Of a stretch of 14,913 nt of DNA, positions 1 through 7,790 are shown piece after piece. Below the pieces are notes generated by a model that saw nothing but the letters and a program-made list of their open reading frames with translations, was not told where the DNA came from and made no database searches. Positions within the stretch are counted from its first letter, which is position 1. Each line of letters begins with the position of its first letter. A program made the translations under genes and the position numbers. Origin of the DNA: Bdellovibrionota bacterium (GTDB taxonomy: Bacteria; Bdellovibrionota_C; UBA2361); the NCBI GenBank assembly GCA_044352465.1, contig JBILDU010000076.1:1-14913 (forward strand), written 5' to 3'.

Positions 1-291
1 CGGTGGCATTTCTCGCCGGAGATAATCGCGGTCATCCGGGGCCACCACACCCCTCCAGACGAAGTCGGACTTACCACGATCGTCCACGCCGCCGATGCCT
101 TTGCCCACGCACTCGGCCTCGGCCACCCGCGGGGCTTCGGCAAGTTTCAAAATCGTGTCGCCGAAAATCTCCCCCACGTATGGGAGCGTCTCAAGATAAC
201 GACGGAGGAGCACCGTGGGCTGCTCCAGCGTTTTCAACAACGCTTCGATCTTGAATACGACCTGTATGCAGGCAAAGGAATCCCAGCGTGA
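1..291 (+). CDS. HDOD/HD-like signal transduction protein, 3' end (5'-partial)
   Basis: Frame 1 is open from base 1 to TGA at 289-291 and is absent from the ORF track: RWHFSPEIIAVIRGHHTPPDEVGLTTIVHAADAFAHALGLG...DLYAGKGIPA*. The W-x-F-x-x-x-I...HH-x-P...IVHxAD pattern is typical of HDOD C-termini. The stop overlaps the next start (GTGA). Confidence 0.75.
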   Translation, partial: RWHFSPEIIAVIRGHHTPPDEVGLTTIVHAADAFAHALGLGHPRGFGKFQNRVAENLPHVWERLKITTEEHRGLLQRFQQRFDLEYDLYAGKGIPA

Positions 292-1598
292 TCGACCTCG
301 GCGCTAGCATCCCCGCGCTTCTCACCGGCGTCGCCCTGGGCGGGACCGGTGCGCTCGGGGTCGTCTGGCTCGCTTGTCGGCGCATCGCTCGACACCTCGC
401 CACGGAGCTCCTCCCCGCACCTGCTGCTTCGATCGTCCCGGGACTCACCCCCCTCCTTCGACTCCACCACGAGAATATGCACACGTTGAGCGAGACCGTC
501 GCTCGGCTGAGCGAAGAGCGAGAGGTTCTCCATGAGCGCTACACCACTCTCACCGAGAACCTCGCTGCGGCGGTGATCATTCGTGACATGTCCGGGCGCA
601 TCATCTACGGCAGCCCCTACACCGAGGTACTGACCGGCTACGCAATGGAGGAGATCTACGCCTCACACAAGGATTTTTTCACGACGATAATCCACAAAGC
701 CGACCTCGAGAATTACCAACGAGCTCTCAAGGTGAGCGAGTTCGGCGAAGCCTTTCAATTTCGCTACCGCATCCTCCACAAAACCGGGATCGAAATGTGG
801 ACCGAGTCACGCACCGTGCCGGTTCTCGATGAAACTGGCGAGGTGGTTGCGTCGCTGTCGATTACCCTTGATGTCACCGGGACCGTGCGATATCAACGTC
901 AGGTCGAGGAACGCAATCGCGACCTGCAGGATTTTAGCTATATGGTCTCCCACGACCTCAAAGCGCCGATCTTCACGATCAAAGGGATGGTTGGCGTCAT
1001 CGAGGAGGACTTCATCACGAAGGTCGATCCAGAGCTCCGGGAGATTCTGGGTCATATTGGTCGAGCCGCCCACCGCCTCGAGGCGCTAGTGGCCGGCGTA
1101 CTTCAATTCTCGCGAGTAAGCTTTCAGGACAACGCCCTTGAACGATTCGATCTCGGCGCTATTTTTGATGAGATTCGGCGGGACACCGAACGGGTGCTCA
1201 GCGATGCCGGTGGTTCGTTGATCTATCCGACCGAGCGCCTCGAGATCCGCAGCGATCGTTTAAAATTATACCAGATATTCTCCAATCTGATCGGAAATTC
1301 GATTAAGTATCGGAGCCCTGTGCGCCCTCTTCGTATTACCCTGACGATCAACCCGCTCAGCGATCAGCGCGGGGTGGTGATAGCGGTCACTGACAACGGC
1401 GTCGGAATTCCGACGGATAAATTCGAGGCCGTTTTTCGCCCTTTTCAGCGCGCCCATAGTGGCGACGTCGAGGGCTCAGGAATCGGACTCGCCACGGTCA
1501 AAAAACTTGTGGAGAAACTTGGGGGCGAGGTCACGATTACGGAATCTTCCCCGACAGGAACGACGATTACAGTGAACCTCCGCGGAGGCGTCGTATGA
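288..1598 (+). CDS. PAS/PAC-domain sensor histidine kinase
   Basis: N-terminal hydrophobic segment; PAS/PAC region (IIYGSP...IIHKAD...YRILHKTG..MW); H-box FSYMVSHDLKAP; N-box QIFSNLIGNSIKY; G1 DNGVGI; F-box VFRPFQR; G2 GSGIGLA. Confidence 0.93.
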   Translation: MIDLGASIPALLTGVALGGTGALGVVWLACRRIARHLATELLPAPAASIVPGLTPLLRLHHENMHTLSETVARLSEEREVLHERYTTLTENLAAAVIIRDMSGRIIYGSPYTEVLTGYAMEEIYASHKDFFTTIIHKADLENYQRALKVSEFGEAFQFRYRILHKTGIEMWTESRTVPVLDETGEVVASLSITLDVTGTVRYQRQVEERNRDLQDFSYMVSHDLKAPIFTIKGMVGVIEEDFITKVDPELREILGHIGRAAHRLEALVAGVLQFSRVSFQDNALERFDLGAIFDEIRRDTERVLSDAGGSLIYPTERLEIRSDRLKLYQIFSNLIGNSIKYRSPVRPLRITLTINPLSDQRGVVIAVTDNGVGIPTDKFEAVFRPFQRAHSGDVEGSGIGLATVKKLVEKLGGEVTITESSPTGTTITVNLRGGVV

Positions 1599-1972
1599 TC
1601 GTAGCGCTTCTCGTCGATGATGATCCGGCGCATCGCCTCATGGCGCGACGAGCACTTATCAAAGCGCACACGGCGATAACGGTGGTAGAAGCCGAGTCGC
1701 TCGCCAACGGCACGCAGGCTTTCGATCAGAATTCGCTCCACCTTCTCGTCATCGATCTTAATTTGGCGGGCGCATCAGGCCTTGACCTCATTCGCTATGC
1801 CCGCGGGCGGAGCGGCACGATTCCGATAATCGCGATTTCGACCTCCTCGCTCGAGGCCGATGTGGCGGCGGCCTACAATGCCGGTGCGAATATATTTGTG
1901 TTCAAGGCAGATAGCTTGAGAAGCTTTCCGAGCGATCTCTCCGCCGCAGCCACCTACCTTCTACGCTTGTAG
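1595..1972 (+). CDS. Single-domain response regulator (receiver, Rcp1-like)
   Basis: LLVDDD acidic pocket, phosphoacceptor in VIDLNL, and PIIAISTS...AYNAGAN.FVFK. ATGA overlap with the kinase stop. Confidence 0.9.
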   Translation: MIVALLVDDDPAHRLMARRALIKAHTAITVVEAESLANGTQAFDQNSLHLLVIDLNLAGASGLDLIRYARGRSGTIPIIAISTSSLEADVAAAYNAGANIFVFKADSLRSFPSDLSAAATYLLRL

Positions 1973-2092
1973 CACTCAACTTCCGTGGCAACTCGCCTCT
2001 CCTGCTGCGTGAGGACCCTCACCTGACCGAGCTCTGTTCCGCGTACCAGCCGCTTCAGTGAACAAAATTTGGGTGACTGAGTCCTCGTGGGT

Positions 2093-2108
2093 TGGCACGT
2101 AACGTGCT
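2093..2108 (+). promoter_or_regulatory. sigma54 (RpoN) -24/-12 promoter
   Basis: TGGCACGTAACGTGCT versus consensus TGGCACG-N4-TTGCW (one mismatch). GG (2094-2095) and GC (2106-2107) are exactly 10 nt apart, and the site is 55 nt upstream of the ATG at 2163. Confidence 0.75.
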
Positions 2109-2162
2109 CTCTCTTCGGTGTGACCCAGGAAGGGTTATTTAGGACCAAGAGGACAAGGATCT

Positions 2163-3125
2163 ATGTACTCAGCAATTACCGGTGTAAAAGCATTGGCGGC
2201 TAGGGCACTTAGCCGGACAGCCCCCGCCACCCAGTCGACCGAAAACAATACCGCCCCGGCCCAAAGCTCCGATTTTAACTCGATGTTAAAGGGGCTTTTA
2301 AAGCCTGACTCGGCAAATAAGGTCAGCGAAGAGGAACTGTTTGCCGGTCTCACCTACGAGAGGATCAATAAGCTCAAGGGGAAGGAGGCCGCCGAAAAAT
2401 TCAAGGCGGCACTCGACGCCGAGCAAAACTCTCTGCGTAAAAGCGACGGCTATATTCCCCACGAGCAAGCAGCGATCAACGCCCTGACGAAACTGACCCA
2501 AGACGGCACCCTGACGGCAGAGGATGGGAACAAGGTCTACGCCCAGGCTTTCGCCGGGGCTCAACTCGACTCGAATAAAACGGCGCTCTTCGACAACCGG
2601 GGGGGGGCGAACGATCCCACCATGGCGGTTGAAAGCATGGAAACCGCGCTCGTCGCTGCGAAAGCGCTCGTGGCTGCTTTTGACGACGGCTCTAAAACGG
2701 CCGATCCACGCGCTCTGACCGGAGCGGCACCGACCGGCACGAAGGGTGTGGGTGGTACCAACTCATCCCCCGCAACAGCGACACCAGGAGGCGGGAGCGC
2801 TCCGGTAACACCGAGTGGCCAAACGATCGATGGCTCGGGTGGATTCTTGTGGAAGCCGGTCTCCGTGAACCAGGGGAAGCTGGCGGTCCTCCTTCCCCCG
2901 GAACTGACCGGTTCGATCCAGGCGCTCAAACTCCTCGATGCAAACGGCGCTGTGGTTGAAGAGGGCCGCTTCACCTCAGATGGAACCGGTGAGGGGGGGC
3001 GCACGAAGTATAGCTTCAATCGGCAAGGGGGAGATTACGGTGATAATTTAACGGTGCGACTTGAGCTTACCGACGGAAGCGTACGCACCTGGTCGATTCC
3101 GGACGGTTCGAAACGGTATGACTGA
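2163..3125 (+). CDS. Hypothetical two-domain protein (320 aa)
   Basis: Long ORF with an AAGGA ribosome-binding site just upstream, its own promoter and a terminator. It has a helical-looking N-domain, a G/T/P/S linker and a beta-rich C-domain starting GFLWKPVS..GKLAVLLP. No family recognised. Confidence 0.85.
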   Translation: MYSAITGVKALAARALSRTAPATQSTENNTAPAQSSDFNSMLKGLLKPDSANKVSEEELFAGLTYERINKLKGKEAAEKFKAALDAEQNSLRKSDGYIPHEQAAINALTKLTQDGTLTAEDGNKVYAQAFAGAQLDSNKTALFDNRGGANDPTMAVESMETALVAAKALVAAFDDGSKTADPRALTGAAPTGTKGVGGTNSSPATATPGGGSAPVTPSGQTIDGSGGFLWKPVSVNQGKLAVLLPPELTGSIQALKLLDANGAVVEEGRFTSDGTGEGGRTKYSFNRQGGDYGDNLTVRLELTDGSVRTWSIPDGSKRYD

Positions 3126-3223
3126 GACTCCTCCAGATAAACCTCCCCTCAGGCCTTGAATTGGGGGGGAGATAACACCGCTCCTCCGGGGGGCGGTAAC
3201 GCCCCCCGACTGGAGGGCGTTGG

Positions 3224-3260
3224 AAAAGCCTGCTACGATAATCTCGTGGCAGGCTTTTTT
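3224..3260 (+). terminator. Intrinsic terminator (possibly bidirectional)
   Basis: AAAAGCCTGCTACGA-taatc-TCGTGGCAGGCTTTTTT: 11-bp core stem with one G-U, followed by T6 and preceded by A4. Confidence 0.85.
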
Positions 3261-3470
3261 GTGGATATCAGGTGAAAAACCGGTCTCGGCCGAAACCAAC
3301 TGTTGATCTGAGTTCCGGTCTGGCTGGATTCTCTGGTCTCACCGAGCAGGTCTTGATCACAGACAGGCTGAGCTCTCCGTTACCGAATCCTACTCCCTTC
3401 GAGTCTCACGAACTCTTCGCCGTCACCAGCCTCGGAGATTCTTTCCCGAGAACGACACTCTAGGAAACGT

Positions 3471-4640
3471 ATGACGCTTGCGCCTCCTGAGATCTCCCCC
3501 CTTGAGCTCCGCCCCACAGTGATGGACATCGATCTCGACGCGCTCGGCCACAATTTCCAAGTGCTACGAGAACGGGTAGCTCCCGCCCGTTTCATGGCGG
3601 TTGTGAAGGCAAACGCCTATGGACACGGGCTTATCCGGTGCGCGAGCCATCTTGAAACACTTGGGGTCGATTACGTTGGGGTAGCTCTTGTGGATGAAGG
3701 GATCGCTCTTCGCCGGGCGGGTATCGTTACTCCGATTCTTATTTTCGGAGGGATCTTCGGAGGACAGATCGGACGATACCTTGATTTTGATCTCGAGCTT
3801 ACCGCGTCGTCGATCGATAAGTTGCGGGCTATCGACGAAGTCGCTCGTGGCCGGGGCAAAAAGGCGAAAGTGCATCTGAAGTTCGATACCGGTATGGGGC
3901 GCATCGGCGTCAGACCGGAACGAGCGGTGGAGTTGTGCCAAGCCGCCAAGGCACTCGATTTTATTGAGGTGCGCGGTATATTTTCTCATTTTGCCAGCGC
4001 CGACGCTGAGGATGACACCCAGACCCTTGAGCAGATCGAGGCTTTTCGGAGTTGCACTGATGCAGCGAATACGATTATCCCTGCTCCCCTCGCCCACATT
4101 TCGAACTCCGGTGCGGTCTTTCAACACGGCGAGGCGAGACTCGACATGGTTCGAGTGGGAATCTCGCTCTACGGTGTGCCCCCAGAGAAGCATCTCGTGG
4201 GGTACCTTCCCCTTAAACCGGTGATGTCGATCTCGTCGCGGGTGGTTTATTTCAAAGTCGTCAAACAAGGGGCCGGGGTGAGCTACGGCTCCACATGGCG
4301 AGCCCCTCACGATTCCCGGGTCGTTACCATTCCGATCGGTTACGGCGATGGCTATTCGCGATCGCTCTCAAACAAAGCGCATGTCCTGATACGCGGAGAA
4401 CGTCGTCCGGTGGTGGGGAATATCTGCATGGACCAGATTATGGTCGATATCGGACACGGCGAAGCTTTTAACGGCGATGAAGTGGTTATCCTCGGCACCC
4501 AAGGAGCCGAAACCATTACGGTCCTAGAACTCGCTGAGTTAAGCGGAACGGTCCCCCACGAGGTACTGACCGCGCTTAATCTTCGAATTCCGCGCCGCTA
4601 CCACCACGCCGGGTGCGTCACTATCGAGGCCCACGGTTAA
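3471..4640 (+). CDS. alr: Alanine racemase
   Basis: PLP-lysine motif AVVKANAYGHG, plus HLKFDTGMGRIG, SHFASAD, catalytic Tyr in VSYG, IGYGDG and ICMDQ. Confidence 0.97.
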   Translation: MTLAPPEISPLELRPTVMDIDLDALGHNFQVLRERVAPARFMAVVKANAYGHGLIRCASHLETLGVDYVGVALVDEGIALRRAGIVTPILIFGGIFGGQIGRYLDFDLELTASSIDKLRAIDEVARGRGKKAKVHLKFDTGMGRIGVRPERAVELCQAAKALDFIEVRGIFSHFASADAEDDTQTLEQIEAFRSCTDAANTIIPAPLAHISNSGAVFQHGEARLDMVRVGISLYGVPPEKHLVGYLPLKPVMSISSRVVYFKVVKQGAGVSYGSTWRAPHDSRVVTIPIGYGDGYSRSLSNKAHVLIRGERRPVVGNICMDQIMVDIGHGEAFNGDEVVILGTQGAETITVLELAELSGTVPHEVLTALNLRIPRRYHHAGCVTIEAHG

Positions 4641-4758
4641 CGCCCGTGGACCCGTTAAAATCGTCTCCCTTGAGCTCCCTGGCTATACCAGCGACGCTGG
4701 AGAGCCCTGGCACATCCGGCAACCCCCCGAGAACAAACAGGGTCTCACCATCTCCCCT

Positions 4759-4786
4759 TAAGTAAAAAGAGCTCCCCATCCGATAA
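4759..4786 (+). promoter_or_regulatory. Putative sigma28 (FliA) promoter for motAB
   Basis: TAAG-N16-TCCGATAA versus consensus TAAA-N15/16-GCCGATAA, 37 nt upstream of motA. motAB is a classical sigma28 target. Confidence 0.6.
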
Positions 4787-4823
4787 CTCTCCAGAGAACT
4801 CGTATGTAAGGGGCTCGCAGCAC

Positions 4824-5684
4824 ATGTTCGTAATACTCGGGTGTATTGGCGTCACGATCTGCGTCATCGTCGGTCTGGTGGGACCAGGCGGCGATGCGAC
4901 CATCTTGATGCAGCCCTATGAATTCATCGTTATCGCTGGTTCAGCCGGGTTTACCATCCTTATTGCTAACCCGACGTATGTTCTGAAAGGCCTGGGACCA
5001 GCAATCAAAGGAGCCATTAAGGGAAGCGGCATCGATGGGGACACGTTTAAAGACCTCCTGGGCCTCATGGCGTGCATCTTCGACATCATGCGCCGCGAGG
5101 GTGTCCTTGGAATCGAGGCTGACCTGAGCGACCCACACAAAAGCGCTCGCTTTAACAAGTATCCGAAAGCATCCCACGATCACCACCTGATGGAGACTTT
5201 CACCGGGGCGCTACGACTCTTCGTTGACGGCGTCGTGAACGCCTTCGATCTCGAGCGACTTCTTGATACCGAGATCGAGACCCACCACGAGGAAGCACTG
5301 ATCTATCCTGGTGTCGTCTCAAAGGTCGCCGACGGTTTCCCCGCGCTCGGTATCGTGGCCGCCGTGCTCGGAATCATTATCACGATGGGTCACTTAGATG
5401 GCCCCCCTTCCGAGATCGGTCATCACGTTGCGGCGGCGCTCGTCGGAACGATGTTGGGTATTCTTCTCTCGTACGGCTACGTTGCTCCGATTGCTCAAAA
5501 GATGGAGAGCGTCGTCCGCGATAACACCGCCACGATGAAATGCGTTAAAGCAGGGCTCGTATCGTTCGCTGGCGGCGCACCGCCACAAGTTGCCCTCGAG
5601 TTCGCGCGGAAGACCATCCCCTCATGTTTCCGACCGACAGCGGCTGAGCTCGAAGAGATCATTAAGAACGCCAAGAAGGTCTAA
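4824..5684 (+). CDS. motA: Flagellar motor stator protein MotA
   Basis: Four hydrophobic segments, torque motif RREGVLGIE, FPALGIVAAVLG, AALVGTMLGILLSYG and ALEFARKTIP. Confidence 0.96.
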   Translation: MFVILGCIGVTICVIVGLVGPGGDATILMQPYEFIVIAGSAGFTILIANPTYVLKGLGPAIKGAIKGSGIDGDTFKDLLGLMACIFDIMRREGVLGIEADLSDPHKSARFNKYPKASHDHHLMETFTGALRLFVDGVVNAFDLERLLDTEIETHHEEALIYPGVVSKVADGFPALGIVAAVLGIIITMGHLDGPPSEIGHHVAAALVGTMLGILLSYGYVAPIAQKMESVVRDNTATMKCVKAGLVSFAGGAPPQVALEFARKTIPSCFRPTAAELEEIIKNAKKV

Positions 5685-5689
5685 TATCT

Positions 5690-7126
5690 GTGGCCGACGA
5701 CAAGCCCATAATCATCATCAAGAAAAAGGGCGGTCACGGCGGCGCACACGGCGGCGCCTGGAAAGTGGCCTACGCCGACTTCGTCACCGCGATGATGGCG
5801 TTCTTTATGGTGATGTGGCTCGTCAACTCGGCTGACCAAAAGGCGAAGGCAAACATCGCCTCTTACTTTCGTAAACCCGGCATATTTGAATCGGGCTCAG
5901 GGACTCCCTTGCTGATTGGAGAAGCCGGTATCCTTCAAGATGGCTTCGTTCCGGCACACCCGGAGGATACAAAGCAACGTCACAAAGGCTCTCACGCGGA
6001 GCCGCTCCCTGAGAGGTCCGGCACCGATTCAACTGACGTGCTGAAGAAGCGGGTCACGACCGAAGGGGACCCCGGGGCGATCGGTAACCGTGAATGGCAA
6101 CAAGAGCAGCTCGACGGCTTTGCCAGCGAACCGATACCGGAGGATGAGCTTAATTTCGAACCTGAGCGGTTGAACCGGAAGCCCCAACAGGTGAGCGAGA
6201 CCGCTGAGAAGCAAAATCGAGTGCTCCCCGGGCCAGGCGGTCTGGCCGACAAGCATTCCCCCGGTGGAAAGGAGAAAAGTTTCGGCGAAAAAGAAAAGAA
6301 CCTCGCTGACCTCGACGGGAAAGCTGCGGCTGCGCTGAAGGCGATGCAAAATGCAGCCCAGGAGTTACAACAGGTCATCGCCAGTAGCCCCGAACTGAAA
6401 GAGATGCTCGGGATCGTCGACATCAAGGTCGAGGCGGATGGGCTGAACATCGAGATCATGGATACCGACAAGATATCGATGTTCGAACTCGGGAGCTCCC
6501 GCATCAACTCTGTAAGCGAAGCGGCTTTCCAAAAGATCGGCGCATTTATCGCCAAACTTCCCAACAACGTCGATATCGTCGGACACACCGATGCCAAACC
6601 GTTCGCCTCCCAACGCCGGGGGGGGTACAGCAATTGGGAGCTTTCCGCCGATCGAGCAAACGCAGCCCGTCGCCTCCTCGAAAAGGGAGGGGTGGATCCG
6701 AAGCGGTTTACGAGCGTGGTCGGAAGAGCTGACCAAGAGCTCCGCGTGCCAACCGAACCGTTCGCCTCATCGAATCGTCGTATAACCGTGAAGATGCGTT
6801 TTAATCCTGCGCTCGTACCCGCAGCACCACCGACGGCGCTCGAGGATTTCTCTCGGATCGAAAATCAGTTCCGCGATGGTCAAAGATCGATCGCTCCAGC
6901 AGCGGCATCGCCCCCTCAAGCGAAAGCAGCCGAAATCAGCCCTGAGGCCGCGGCGGCAACCGCAGAAGTTCTCCCCCCGAATGCGGTGGTGAGTTCGAAC
7001 CCGAATCAGAAGATTAAGCTTCCCCGCGAGGCTCCCCCGACTATGAATCCGAACATCATGCCTCGAGATAAGATCTTCGGTGATGTGCCCGGGTTCGTTC
7101 CGGTCGATCCATTCGCCACGCCGTAA
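5690..7126 (+). CDS. motB: Flagellar motor stator protein MotB (long form)
   Basis: HGGAWKVAYADFVTAMMAFF with the essential Asp; OmpA-like peptidoglycan-binding domain (GHTD, NWELSADRANAARR, NRRI); GTG start 5 nt after the motA stop. Confidence 0.95.
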   Translation: MADDKPIIIIKKKGGHGGAHGGAWKVAYADFVTAMMAFFMVMWLVNSADQKAKANIASYFRKPGIFESGSGTPLLIGEAGILQDGFVPAHPEDTKQRHKGSHAEPLPERSGTDSTDVLKKRVTTEGDPGAIGNREWQQEQLDGFASEPIPEDELNFEPERLNRKPQQVSETAEKQNRVLPGPGGLADKHSPGGKEKSFGEKEKNLADLDGKAAAALKAMQNAAQELQQVIASSPELKEMLGIVDIKVEADGLNIEIMDTDKISMFELGSSRINSVSEAAFQKIGAFIAKLPNNVDIVGHTDAKPFASQRRGGYSNWELSADRANAARRLLEKGGVDPKRFTSVVGRADQELRVPTEPFASSNRRITVKMRFNPALVPAAPPTALEDFSRIENQFRDGQRSIAPAAASPPQAKAAEISPEAAAATAEVLPPNAVVSSNPNQKIKLPREAPPTMNPNIMPRDKIFGDVPGFVPVDPFATP

Positions 7127-7177
7127 CGGTTCGCTGCCACCCTTGCGGCATTTGAGCGGTGTGATTACGGTGGGGGT

Positions 7178-7594
7178 ATGTATACCCGCATCGTTGCACT
7201 CGGAGCCCTTCTCACCGCACTTGGAATCATCATCGGTGCGTTTGGCGCACACGCTCTCAAAGGCTCGATTACCGAATACGGGACGGAAGTGTTTAAGACC
7301 GCGAGTCTCTACCACCTCGTCCATGGAGTTGGGATCATCGCCCTGGCCGCTCTGGGATCAGCCGGTGCTGTTCCCCACCGTATCGTCCAACGGGCGGTGT
7401 TTTTTTTCGTGCTCGGTATCCTCGTTTTTTGCGGTTCCCTCTACCTCCTGGCTATTACCGAGATCCGATGGCTCGGGGCTATAACCCCGCTGGGTGGGGT
7501 CTCCTTTATCGTAGGGTGGCTTCTCCTCGGTTTCGGTACCCTTTGCAGCCACAACGCCCCAACGCGAATTGACAATCCCCCCTCCGAAGGCTAG
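7178..7594 (+). CDS. DUF423 (YgdD/TMEM256) family membrane protein
   Basis: Motifs GAFGAHAL, YHLVH, FCGSLYLLA and GAITPLGG..FIVGW; four hydrophobic segments. Confidence 0.92.
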   Translation: MYTRIVALGALLTALGIIIGAFGAHALKGSITEYGTEVFKTASLYHLVHGVGIIALAALGSAGAVPHRIVQRAVFFFVLGILVFCGSLYLLAITEIRWLGAITPLGGVSFIVGWLLLGFGTLCSHNAPTRIDNPPSEG

Positions 7595-7597
7595 TTT
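7569..7597 (+). promoter_or_regulatory. sigma70 promoter for the tRNA-Val locus
   Basis: Perfect TTGACA (7569-7574), 17-nt spacer, TAGTTT (7592-7597). It overlaps the DUF423 stop codon and ends 13 nt before the first tRNA-like copy. Confidence 0.8.
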
Positions 7598-7606
7598 TAT
7601 AGCGTT

Positions 7607-7656
7607 TTTCGGGCGCTTAGCTCAGTTGGTAGAGCGTCAGCCTTACAAGCTGAATG
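7607..7656 (+). repeat. Exact 50-nt direct repeat: 5' part of tRNA-Val (nt 1-46 plus 4 nt of leader), second copy 7787-7836
   Basis: TTTCGGGCGCTTAGCTCAGTTGGTAGAGCGTCAGCCTTACAAGCTGAATG occurs at 7607 and 7787 (period 180). The first copy lacks the canonical T arm and 3' acceptor strand. Confidence 0.97.
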
Positions 7657-7741
7657 ACGCGGTTTATCGGACGGGAGCGAAGCGGACGGACGTCGTAACC
7701 GCGTAAAAGAGGGTCGATGCGAGCGAGCGAGCATCGAATCC
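7657..7741. repeat. Two adjacent inverted-repeat hairpins (REP-like)
   Basis: ACGCGGTT (7657-7664)/AACCGCGT (7697-7704) encloses GCGAAGC. TCGATGC (7714-7720)/GCATCGA (7731-7737) has the loop GAGCGAGCGA. Confidence 0.8.
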
Positions 7742-7790
7742 AAAAGTGACATTCAGTTCCCCGAAACTGGTGTCTATTTAACAAAATTTC

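Noticed and set aside
3..254. 83-aa + strand ORF in the track
   Set aside because: Arg/Pro-rich shadow frame; frame 1 (1-291) carries the HDOD-like motifs and couples to the next gene.
1970..1995. TAGCACTC resembling a CIRCE left arm
   Set aside because: No GAGTGCTAA right arm at 9-nt spacing.
3272..3463. 63-aa ORF and recurring GGTCT words (3282, 3317, 3335, 3349) upstream of alr
   Set aside because: No recognisable protein features; the words are short and irregularly spaced, so this is not an array.
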